A stretch of 64,000 nt of DNA from Candidatus Poribacteria bacterium (GTDB taxonomy: Bacteria > Poribacteria > WGA-4E > WGA-3G). Location of the stretch: assembly GCA_965205065.1 (NCBI GenBank), contig CBDBFT010000001.1, positions 1,817,782 to 1,881,781 of the forward strand. The letters are read 5' to 3'. Every line of letters starts with the position of its first letter. The stretch's first letter is position 1. This document shows positions 30,343 through 39,146 of this stretch, piece after piece. Below the pieces are notes generated by a model that saw only the letters and a program-made list of their open reading frames with translations, did not search any database and was not told where the DNA came from. Both the position numbers and the translations under genes were made by a program.

Positions 30343-32922
30343 ATGAAAAATGAACGACGCATATTCACATCTATTGCAATTCTCTCATTCATGTCAATAC
30401 TATGCTTTGGGTGCGATATACCAAACCCAAACCTACAACCGAATGTTGAAAAGGTGTCCGACTTGGATGATCCAAAACTTCGTGAATCGGTTTTTCAAAT
30501 AGCATTAGATGAGACAGATTTAGAAGTTAAACAGAACTTCTCAGGTGAAAACATTCATTATGCACCCAATAACACTGAACCTTATACGGGTTGGGTAAAG
30601 AACATAAGAAAACTACAGCAATTTCAGGACGGCAAAAAGCACGGCATCTTCATCAGTTGGTACGGCAATTGGGAAACGGTAGAGCAGGGATTCTTTAAGA
30701 ATGGGATACGTGATGGTTTATGGGTTCAGTGGAGCCCTAATGGAGAGAAAGAGAGTGAAGGTTCCTACAGGGATGGTTTTCGTGATGAAGTATGGATATT
30801 TTGGAATTCCAAAGGAGAAAAGACAAATCAGATTACATATCAGAATGGGAGAGTTCAAAACACGAAACATATTCCACATAAGGAAAAGGATAAAGACGAT
30901 CTTGGAAAAGCAACCAAGGAAAAAGTCACGCGTGCCTTTATACTGCATGAATCCAAACAGAGCAAAGCGGTAACAGGTCTACCAGATGGAGCAAAGAGGC
31001 GTATTGGCAAAGGTAAAATACATAACATTCTATATTCTCCTGATGGCTCACGGATCTTTGTGTTAACATCCATCGGGCTTTGGGTCTATGATGTAGATAG
31101 CGGAGAAGAAATTGCTGTGCCCGGGGATGTTGGAAAGTTAAGAAAAATAGCATTCAGTCCTGATGGCACAACGTTTGGAAGCATAGCAAATTCTGCTCCA
31201 ATCCAACTTTGGAATACATTGACAGGTAAGCAAGTACGAAACGTTGCCGATCTCAATTCTCCTGCAGATGACATCTTCTTCAGTCCTGATGGACGACTGA
31301 CTGTAACTGTGGATTACTATTCAGGAACTCTGTTGTGGGATACGCAATCAGGTGAACTTAAACAAAGCATCATTGGGAGAAAAGACAATGACCTTATGAC
31401 AATCTTTAGTCCAGATAGTGTTACCTTTGTCATTGGAAATGCAGAAAGACTCGATATATGGGATACACTCACTGGACAACGCATACAATCACTCGTCCCT
31501 AAAGAAGATAAATTTGATTACGTTCTCTTCAGTCCTGATGGCAAAACCTTTTTGACTCAAAGTAGCAATGGACATATTCATCTATGGGATCCACGTACGT
31601 GGCAAATCAAGAAAAGTCTTATACAGAATAAGAGTGTGCTGAGATGTGTAACGTTTAGTCCTGATGGAACAACCCTCGTTCATGGAAACAGTGATGGAAC
31701 TGTAAGTATATTTAATGCAGAAACAACAGAACATTTGCAGACACTCTCTGGCGATAACGTTAGTGTGCGTTGTATTGCGTTTAGTCCTGATGGATCAATC
31801 ATAGCAAGTGGTGATCAGTCAATGGCAATTCACCTATGGGATGTCCGCACAGGAAATCTGATAAATAAACTCACGGATCAGACTTTCAAAGATAAAGATA
31901 CCCTATACCGTGTAAGACACAGTAAACCATACATTAAACTCAAGTTTAATGTTAATGCGACAATACTCGTGAGTCAGAATGAAGACAATGAGGTACTGCT
32001 GTGGGATCTCCGAACAGGAAAGTATAGGAATCTTCTCACAGGATTCACTAAACCTATAAACAGTATCGCTCTTAATCCAGACGGGTCTATCCTCGCAAGC
32101 GGGAACAATGAAGGTACTATACACTTGTGGAATTACCGGACCGGACGAAAGATGCAAACACTGTTAGGACATACCAGTTCTGTTACAGATGTGATTTTTA
32201 GTCCTGATGGATCAATACTCGCAAGTGGAAGTTGGGACAGAACCATTCGTTTATGGAATATACAAACTGGTAAAGAGAAGAATAGACTTTCCGGACATAA
32301 GGAAGTAATTAAATGTTTTGCTTTCAGTCCTAATGGAACTACCCTTTCCAGTGGCGGACGTGAAGGCGAACTCATCCTATGGGATAGCCGCTCAGGACAA
32401 CATAAGAACACTCTAATTGGTCATACATCAGAAATTTACAGTGTCTCATTTAGTCGTGATGGAGGGACTCTCGCAAGTGGTGATCGTGATGCCACGATTC
32501 ATCTGTGGGATGTCAAAACAGGGGAACTGAAAAAAACACTCTCTGGTCATGAACATTATGTTTCAGCGGTCCTATTCAGTCCAGATGGAAAATATCTTGC
32601 AAGTGGCAGCTGGGATGACACTATACGGTTATGGGATGCTAACACTTTTGAACATAAGAGAACGTTAGTGTGGGATACTGTTTCAAGTCTTTCGTTCAGT
32701 CCAGATGGAAAAACTATAGCAGGTGGGAGTGTATTTTCACGTAAGAAACCATTCCTGGCAATTCGTCTATGGAATGTAAAGACTGGACAGGTAAAGATGA
32801 CTTTTATCGGACATACCGACCATATTTTTCAAGTGCTGTTCAGTCCAGACGGTAAAACTCTTGCGACAGCAAGTGATGACGGAACAATTCTCTTATGGGA
32901 TGTTACTGCTTTATCAAAGTAG
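30343..32922 (+). CDS. Lipoprotein with MORN-like N-terminal repeats and a ~14-blade WD40 beta-propeller region
   Basis: Signal peptide with lipobox (SFMSILCFGCD). MORN/YwqK-like repeats (GWVKNIRK..., WYGNWETVEQGFFKNGIRDGLW...). Many units of FSPDG(S/T)xLASGSxDxTIxLWD. The coordinates are taken from the tool frame; I saw a possible 1-nt offset when reading the text here. Confidence 0.75.
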   Translation: MKNERRIFTSIAILSFMSILCFGCDIPNPNLQPNVEKVSDLDDPKLRESVFQIALDETDLEVKQNFSGENIHYAPNNTEPYTGWVKNIRKLQQFQDGKKHGIFISWYGNWETVEQGFFKNGIRDGLWVQWSPNGEKESEGSYRDGFRDEVWIFWNSKGEKTNQITYQNGRVQNTKHIPHKEKDKDDLGKATKEKVTRAFILHESKQSKAVTGLPDGAKRRIGKGKIHNILYSPDGSRIFVLTSIGLWVYDVDSGEEIAVPGDVGKLRKIAFSPDGTTFGSIANSAPIQLWNTLTGKQVRNVADLNSPADDIFFSPDGRLTVTVDYYSGTLLWDTQSGELKQSIIGRKDNDLMTIFSPDSVTFVIGNAERLDIWDTLTGQRIQSLVPKEDKFDYVLFSPDGKTFLTQSSNGHIHLWDPRTWQIKKSLIQNKSVLRCVTFSPDGTTLVHGNSDGTVSIFNAETTEHLQTLSGDNVSVRCIAFSPDGSIIASGDQSMAIHLWDVRTGNLINKLTDQTFKDKDTLYRVRHSKPYIKLKFNVNATILVSQNEDNEVLLWDLRTGKYRNLLTGFTKPINSIALNPDGSILASGNNEGTIHLWNYRTGRKMQTLLGHTSSVTDVIFSPDGSILASGSWDRTIRLWNIQTGKEKNRLSGHKEVIKCFAFSPNGTTLSSGGREGELILWDSRSGQHKNTLIGHTSEIYSVSFSRDGGTLASGDRDATIHLWDVKTGELKKTLSGHEHYVSAVLFSPDGKYLASGSWDDTIRLWDANTFEHKRTLVWDTVSSLSFSPDGKTIAGGSVFSRKKPFLAIRLWNVKTGQVKMTFIGHTDHIFQVLFSPDGKTLATASDDGTILLWDVTALSK

Positions 32923-32935
32923 ATTGGGGACATAA

Positions 32936-34228
32936 ATGAAATTCAGAATTCAACGATCCAGTTCACACAAACATCTTTATAGTTACCTAAAATCTTCAGG
33001 ATTAAGGTTATTCACTTTTTCTTCGTTTCTCTTTCTGTTTTCAATGATTTCTATCTTAATCTGGATATCCCTATCATCCGAATCACAAGAAGGTAATACG
33101 GTTTCAGGTCGACTTATTGATACCGTCGGTAATCCTATTTCAGATATTAATATCTATCTTCGTCGTGATAAAGAACCCTCAATTAGTGCAGATGGTTCTA
33201 TCAATATTACCAGTACGGAAGATGATTCTGTCCAGATTAAAACGGATTCAAAGGGCCGTTTTGCTTTTTCTGATGTTTTCTATAAAATAATGGAGTTAGG
33301 TGTAGGCTGTCAATCCAAAATTGGTTATGAGATTAAAGTGTTGTCAATAGAATTTGGTGAGATTACGCTCTATCCTTTTCGCGCTTGGCATTGGTCAAGC
33401 GTTAATGTTGCTTTGGAACCTGGTGTAAGAATGGAGAACATCGTCATTACTGCTGACATCAGAAAACGTCCGAAGTTAACAACCCGTGTCGTCTATGCAG
33501 ATGGGACACCGGTTACTAATTCACAGGTATATGTTCTTAGGGAAACAAAGTCTTTATATAGAAAAGGAAAAGGTGATAGTCGTGGAGCTATAACTACTGA
33601 TCATGATGGATATTTTGCTGAATATCTATCTGTTGACTATCCCCCACGATTCTATGTTACGCTTGCTGTTGAACATCAAGGACTTTATGCTAAAGCGACC
33701 CCATTCATTATGATAGACGATGTTAACATTGTAGTGAAGCTAAACGGAAATCCTCAAACACATTCACAACCTATCCTGGAGTATTCCGAAATATATTCCG
33801 CTCTTGAAGCACTCCTTGAACCGACTCCAATGTGGATCGGTAACCAAACTAATGGACATGCCTACAAAATCACGCAAAGTCAGACAATAGAAGATGCAAT
33901 GCAGCAAGCGGAGGTAGAGGGTGCTTACCTGCTTTCTATCAACGATAGGTCAGAGGAGGTATGGCTTAGTCATATCTATGGCAATAAACGTATTTGGATT
34001 GGACTCAGTGATGCTAAAGAAGAGGGAAAATGGAAATGGCACAGCGGTGAACCTGTCACCTATACAAACTGGCTGCCATACCAACCTGAAAAAGGCAATA
34101 CAGAAACGAAAGATTATGTGATGACATATTTTTTTGACTGGCGATGGGATGTGACTGAAGCAGAATTCGGCAGAGCAATCCTTGAAAAGCCATCCATGCA
34201 ATTCATTTCACAACCTAACGAGAATTAG
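32936..34228 (+). CDS. Secreted protein with a carboxypeptidase-regulatory-like domain and C-terminal C-type lectin domain
   Basis: C-terminal WIGLSDAKEEGKWKWHSGEPVTYTNWLPYQPE is C-type-lectin-like. N-terminal TM/signal; the true start is possibly internal. Confidence 0.55.
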   Translation: MKFRIQRSSSHKHLYSYLKSSGLRLFTFSSFLFLFSMISILIWISLSSESQEGNTVSGRLIDTVGNPISDINIYLRRDKEPSISADGSINITSTEDDSVQIKTDSKGRFAFSDVFYKIMELGVGCQSKIGYEIKVLSIEFGEITLYPFRAWHWSSVNVALEPGVRMENIVITADIRKRPKLTTRVVYADGTPVTNSQVYVLRETKSLYRKGKGDSRGAITTDHDGYFAEYLSVDYPPRFYVTLAVEHQGLYAKATPFIMIDDVNIVVKLNGNPQTHSQPILEYSEIYSALEALLEPTPMWIGNQTNGHAYKITQSQTIEDAMQQAEVEGAYLLSINDRSEEVWLSHIYGNKRIWIGLSDAKEEGKWKWHSGEPVTYTNWLPYQPEKGNTETKDYVMTYFFDWRWDVTEAEFGRAILEKPSMQFISQPNEN

Positions 34229-34272
34229 CTTCTTCACAGTTCACAGTCCTCTATCTGCAAAGGAAAACGAAA

Positions 34273-35271
34273 ATGAATCTTCTGAAAACAGGCAATATCA
34301 TCTCAAAATTTGGGATTATCGTAATGTGCTGTGTCATACTGAATGCATGCAATACTAAGGATAACGCAGCAACCTTCTCTGGCACACTAATTGATATTGA
34401 TGGAAAACCGATTGCTGGACATATTGTTATGGTGTATCCAGTTGAGATGGGTGAAACCGGTTCAATGTTGTTTCATCCAATGAGGACAATTGCTGCTTTG
34501 CCAGGTTTCATAACAGCACACACTAAAAGCGACGGTTCATTTGCTATTAAAGAGAAGATCAATCAAGGTATGATTACAATTGGACTCTTGCCTATCAAAA
34601 TGCTTGATATAATAAACAACCCCAATAAAGCGAAAACTGAAATTACGACAGAATACCAACTCATTTCAGTCAAAATTGGTGTCATGACTCTCTATGAAGG
34701 TAAAGGTCCTGGAGGTGACATTGTCTTTTCTTTACCAACTGAAAAAAAGTTCAAGGATGTTGTGATCGTAGCACGACAGAATCCGGCACTGCCAGATCGA
34801 AAATTTGGTCAGGGGATGACCCAACTTCCAACAGAACCGACACCTCAACAGTGGATAGTGAATCCGTATAATGGACATGCATACATAAGGATAATGTGTG
34901 AAGGGTATGATGCTGCTAAAGCACGCGCACAAGCTGAAGGCGCATATCTCGTTGCAATTAATGATGCGGAAGAACAGAAGTGGGTGTCAAGCACATTCGG
35001 ATATGAACTCTATTGGATCGGATTGCACAAAACAGATACTGGACAATGGTTATGGGATAGCAAGGATCCTTTAGGTTATACTAACTGGGGACCTGAGGAC
35101 AGATTCCCTGAAGAAATCCTTGCTAAGAGTGAGAAAGTTGGGGCGGTTATGACTTTTGTTGACGGTGAGTGGCATGCAGTCGCACCCGGTGATCTGTTTT
35201 GGGATTATACAATATATGCGATTCTTGAAAAGAGCAGTTGGAAAATCGGAACAACATCAGAAGATAGATGA
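34273..35271 (+). CDS. Secreted C-type lectin domain protein (paralogue of the preceding gene)
   Basis: YWIGLHKTDTGQWLWDSKDPLGYTNWGPED. N-terminal hydrophobic signal. The N-terminal domain GTLIDIDGKPIAGHIVMVY is similar to the neighbour's GRLIDTVGNPISDINIYL. Confidence 0.55.
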   Translation: MNLLKTGNIISKFGIIVMCCVILNACNTKDNAATFSGTLIDIDGKPIAGHIVMVYPVEMGETGSMLFHPMRTIAALPGFITAHTKSDGSFAIKEKINQGMITIGLLPIKMLDIINNPNKAKTEITTEYQLISVKIGVMTLYEGKGPGGDIVFSLPTEKKFKDVVIVARQNPALPDRKFGQGMTQLPTEPTPQQWIVNPYNGHAYIRIMCEGYDAAKARAQAEGAYLVAINDAEEQKWVSSTFGYELYWIGLHKTDTGQWLWDSKDPLGYTNWGPEDRFPEEILAKSEKVGAVMTFVDGEWHAVAPGDLFWDYTIYAILEKSSWKIGTTSEDR

Positions 35272-35339
35272 ACGTGAGTTCGGTATGCGGTAGGTGCGAT
35301 TAGGAAATCCCACCTTATGCGTAAATTTAGTGATTGCCA

Positions 35340-35800
35340 AGACCATGGCTGTAGCACATCTGTTTGATTGTGCTTCTTTCTACAACCACCTGTCTCCTTC
35401 ATTACCCTTCTCCGTACCCCATCCATCTTGATTATTGCTGTAGCACATTCATCCTTGATTGTGCTGCTTTCAACAACATTCCTCCATCATTACAATTCTC
35501 CGCACATGAAAAAACTTTATATTTCTGTAGCACATTCATCCTTGATTGTGCTTCTTTCAACAACATTCCTCTATCATTATCCATCTCTGTACACCAACAA
35601 TTTTGATCCTGCTGTAGCACATTCATCCTTGATTGTGCTGTCTTGCAACAACATGCATCCTTGATTAAACGTATCTGTAGCACAATCAGAATGAATGTGC
35701 TACAGATACATAAAAGCAAAAGCTAAGCGTGGAGCTTTATCGCGCGGGTTGGCGTAATGCGTAGCACAATCAGGGATGAATGTGCTACAGATACATAAAA
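35340..35800. repeat. Cluster of 7 family-A-derived ~27-nt elements (5 direct, 2 inverted) in an intergenic region
   Basis: Direct TGTAGCACATTCATCCTTGATTGTGCT-like copies at ~35344, 35438, 35527, 35617. Inverted copies TCTGTAGCACAATCAGAATGAATGTGCTACAGATA at 35672 and 35755, each of which is itself a hairpin (TGTAGCACA...TGTGCTACA). Confidence 0.85.
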
Positions 35801-35936
35801 TACAAATATAAACATATAACTTCATCGCGGTTAGAAAACCGAACATACCAGGGTGGACGCAAGGGACAAAAAAGGTTAGATGCATTCCACCCTATCCATC
35901 TGATAACACCAAAAACCTCTTATACTGTTGCATCCA

Positions 35937-36950
35937 CTAATTAACCAATTCAAATACAACAGGAAGTTCAAGTCTTATACTGTTGCCTTTCTGTCCATCA
36001 GGAAATGGTGGATAAGGCTCAGCATTTTGCACTGCTGCGAGCGCAGCGTTATCCAAAACACGTGATCCAGACGAATTTGAGACCTTCGGATCACGGATTG
36101 TACCATCTCTGAGTAACGTAAAACGGATAGTCGTTGTCGATCCATCATCTAAACTACGAACATTTGGCGGTAAACGTTGCTCCTCTCTAATCCGATCACG
36201 TACCTTTCTCAGGAATTCTGAGAAGGACTCCTTTGTTTCACCAAAACCTGCTGCGGACAACCCAAGATCAGCAGTTTCGCCAAAATCCATTACAGCTAAA
36301 CTTGATCCCATATCCATTTGGGTTGTTAATCCGGTCGTTTCAAATTTTGGCATCTCAAACTTTGGAACAGTAGAAACGATTTTCACATGTCGTGTTGTTT
36401 CCATCATACCTTTACCTGTGCCTAATACGTTTAATTGTATTACGTTGTCTGATGGTGGGTCAGAAACCGACATCGTAAAACTTGCAGGTCCCAATGAGAG
36501 GTTGGTATTCATTGAAACAGTATTGTTCTTAGGCACGCGGATTTGAACGGCTTTTGGTTTAACCAGTTTCTGAGGTGCACGAGGTGGGGATGTACGTCTT
36601 GTTTGAGGAGGCGGCGCGTCTACGACTACACTTTGGATTTTATCCTCATTCATCTGCAAGACTGTCTGTTTAATAAACCATACGGTTAGGACGACAAGTG
36701 CGACAGCGTGTAACCCAATTGCACACCCAAATGCAAACTTTCGTGCTTTTGCCTTCCATTTTTTGCTTGCTTGCCGATTTTCACGTTGTGCATCTACAAA
36801 TGTGATTGAAACTTCTGCAGCTTTTTCAGATGCCACTTTTCTGGCAACATTTGGTGCTTTTACACCAGATCTGTTACTGGCTGCCAATTTTTTTCTTAGT
36901 TTTTCTCTTTTCCGCTTTTTTGACGAATAAATAGAGAGTGCGTGATTCAT
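35937..36950 (-). CDS. tonB: Energy transducer TonB (N-terminal TM anchor, Pro-rich linker, C-terminal TonB domain)
   Basis: TM helix FAFGCAIGLHAVALVVLTVWF; PPPQTRRTSPPRAP linker; C-terminal RFTLLRDGTIRDPKV...GNSIRLELPVVFEL. Confidence 0.6.
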   Translation of the reverse strand: MNHALSIYSSKKRKREKLRKKLAASNRSGVKAPNVARKVASEKAAEVSITFVDAQRENRQASKKWKAKARKFAFGCAIGLHAVALVVLTVWFIKQTVLQMNEDKIQSVVVDAPPPQTRRTSPPRAPQKLVKPKAVQIRVPKNNTVSMNTNLSLGPASFTMSVSDPPSDNVIQLNVLGTGKGMMETTRHVKIVSTVPKFEMPKFETTGLTTQMDMGSSLAVMDFGETADLGLSAAGFGETKESFSEFLRKVRDRIREEQRLPPNVRSLDDGSTTTIRFTLLRDGTIRDPKVSNSSGSRVLDNAALAAVQNAEPYPPFPDGQKGNSIRLELPVVFELVN

Positions 36951-37075
36951 TCAGTTTAGTCCTCCCAGATTTTGGAATGGCATGTAAGTTTGCCTATAGT
37001 ATACGCTTAGGTTTAAGATGAAGTTATCTCATCAATAACCCTTCTGTAAACAGTATGAAATTCAGTGAACGAGGT

Positions 37076-37600
37076 TCAGTCATCATAACTTAGCAGTTTA
37101 TATCTGTTACCCTTGACGACAACAGAACCAAGAATTTCCAACTCTTTATGTTGTCCTTTGTAATTCTTAAGTGTTAAGACGGTGCCCCGTTTTAGTTGGA
37201 AACCGTTGTAAGTTTCCGTCGGTTTTTCAAAACGGATGTCTACAAAACTTAGGTTGAAACCTCCGTAACGTTCAATCCACCTTCTCATCCCGACGGTACA
37301 TTTTTTATTTAGGTTTGACCAAGCAAAATCTGGAGAAAAAGTTTTCTTTGGAAATGCAGGATAAACCCAAGAGATATACTCGCTCCGTTGAACGCGTAGC
37401 TGGTCTAACTTTTCAATGTCCTTCTGATTTAAAGCGTCAACGACTGCCAGACCAATTTGATCTGGCGAGTCGAGACTGTTTTCCCATACTTGGTGCTGAC
37501 ACCCTATCCAACAGCTGCTAAACAGGACAACTGCAGTCGCAATGTAAGATAGGTTGCACCAAGCAGAGATTGTAGTACTACGTTCTTTAGTTCCGTGCAC
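37076..37600 (-). CDS. Hypothetical lipoprotein (174 aa)
   Basis: N-terminal signal with Cys. Overlaps the upstream beta-helix gene by 14 nt (operonic). Confidence 0.4.
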   Translation of the reverse strand: MHGTKERSTTISAWCNLSYIATAVVLFSSCWIGCQHQVWENSLDSPDQIGLAVVDALNQKDIEKLDQLRVQRSEYISWVYPAFPKKTFSPDFAWSNLNKKCTVGMRRWIERYGGFNLSFVDIRFEKPTETYNGFQLKRGTVLTLKNYKGQHKELEILGSVVVKGNRYKLLSYDD

Positions 37601-38954
37601 TTGTTGTCCAACCTGTCGTCCAATTGTTGGCTGCGCTTACACCACCGATAAAATTGACAGCGTCAAAAAACCCGTCTGATGGCGGGGTTGCTGGTGTAAC
37701 GACAGATGACCCGGAACTGGATGTGAAATTGGGATTATTCTTGTTGAATGGGTCAACAAGGTTTGCATCCGTTTCTACATTACCAAGTCCCTTTGCCCAT
37801 CCAGCTTCGTCAAAACCGTCATCGTTACTTCCTTCACCTGTTTCATCCCCAAAGTTAGCGAGTCTATTATTGAAAAAGGTACTGTTCTTGACAACTAAGT
37901 TTCCATCATTGGCTTGCTTGTGAGATGATTCAGTATTGACATCAAGACCGACCTTGTTGAATCCTGTGACGATAAAGTTTGCATACATCCCTGCAGCACC
38001 CTCACGTATCAACATACCGTTATCGCTTTCGGGTCCATCGGGATCGCCAACTAATGTAACATTGTATATCGTTGGGGTTGAACGCGGCTCTGCTTCGTTG
38101 TTTTTGCTGCTGTTATCATTTTCAAAACCGTTGTCAGCGTCGTCCCCGTAGTGTTGTGCGACCCAGAATTGACCTTTACCTGTCCAACCATCTGTCCAGT
38201 CGAATGAATCATCGCGTGCCCCTGTTACAAGAGCGTACTTAAGGCCGACTGTCCCACCGAACATTTCAATGCCGTCGTCTTGGTTCATGTGTACCTGGAC
38301 ATATTCAATGACAGTGCCGGAACCGACACCTTGTAATGCGATACCGTTCAATTCGTTATCAGGGCTGAATTCAATTCCTGCGTATTCAACACGCACATAC
38401 CGTAATACGCCACTGTTATCATTCGGATCATCACCGCCAAATTCGCCTGTATCACCTTCTCCTGAGGTAATCCCTTGATTTGTAGGTGCTTTTCCGTTGA
38501 TAATCAGTCCGCCCCACTGTCCACGAGCGCGTTCTCCAATTGCGGCATCACTTGTCATTACGATTGGGGCATCTGCTGTTCCATCTGCCATGATCTTCCC
38601 GCCTTGGGCAACGATGAGCGTGCCATTTTCTGCTTGTTCACCATAAATCGTGACACCAGGTTCAATCGTTAAAGTAGCACCATCTTCAACAAACACGGCA
38701 CCCCGTAACAGATAATCATAATCACTTACAAGTTCTCTGTCTTCTGTTATTTTGCCCTGCAGGACAACCACTTCTCGTCCATCAACGATAAACGTTTCCT
38801 CTACAACAGAAACATCAACAGGCTCCTCATCATCGCTACCACAACCGACAATGATCAAAGAGAATGCCAGACTGAAAACTACGACTATTTGAAACAAATA
38901 TATAAAATGTCCCTCTTTCCTTACGGATTTTAGGGGTGATGATAAATTTGACAT
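37587..38954 (-). CDS. Lipoprotein with a Gly/Asp-rich parallel beta-helix-like repeat region
   Basis: Signal with lipobox (IIVGCGSDDEE). Repetitive GxxGxG / DDGIEMFGG segments. No catalytic motif recognised. Confidence 0.45.
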   Translation of the reverse strand: MSNLSSPLKSVRKEGHFIYLFQIVVVFSLAFSLIIVGCGSDDEEPVDVSVVEETFIVDGREVVVLQGKITEDRELVSDYDYLLRGAVFVEDGATLTIEPGVTIYGEQAENGTLIVAQGGKIMADGTADAPIVMTSDAAIGERARGQWGGLIINGKAPTNQGITSGEGDTGEFGGDDPNDNSGVLRYVRVEYAGIEFSPDNELNGIALQGVGSGTVIEYVQVHMNQDDGIEMFGGTVGLKYALVTGARDDSFDWTDGWTGKGQFWVAQHYGDDADNGFENDNSSKNNEAEPRSTPTIYNVTLVGDPDGPESDNGMLIREGAAGMYANFIVTGFNKVGLDVNTESSHKQANDGNLVVKNSTFFNNRLANFGDETGEGSNDDGFDEAGWAKGLGNVETDANLVDPFNKNNPNFTSSSGSSVVTPATPPSDGFFDAVNFIGGVSAANNWTTGWTTSARN

Positions 38955-39146
38955 TAGCTTAGTTTAACTCCTTTTGAAATTTGAAATTCTGTTCATTTTC
39001 GTTATCTTAAATAGACCACAACCCTTTGTATAACGGTCACTCCTATCAAAATCTACGTCATAAATGATACTGGTTAAATGTTGCAAAATACTGACAAGGT
39101 TTTGACTTTTTACCATCAAATTCGTTACCCTGACGTACTGGATTTA

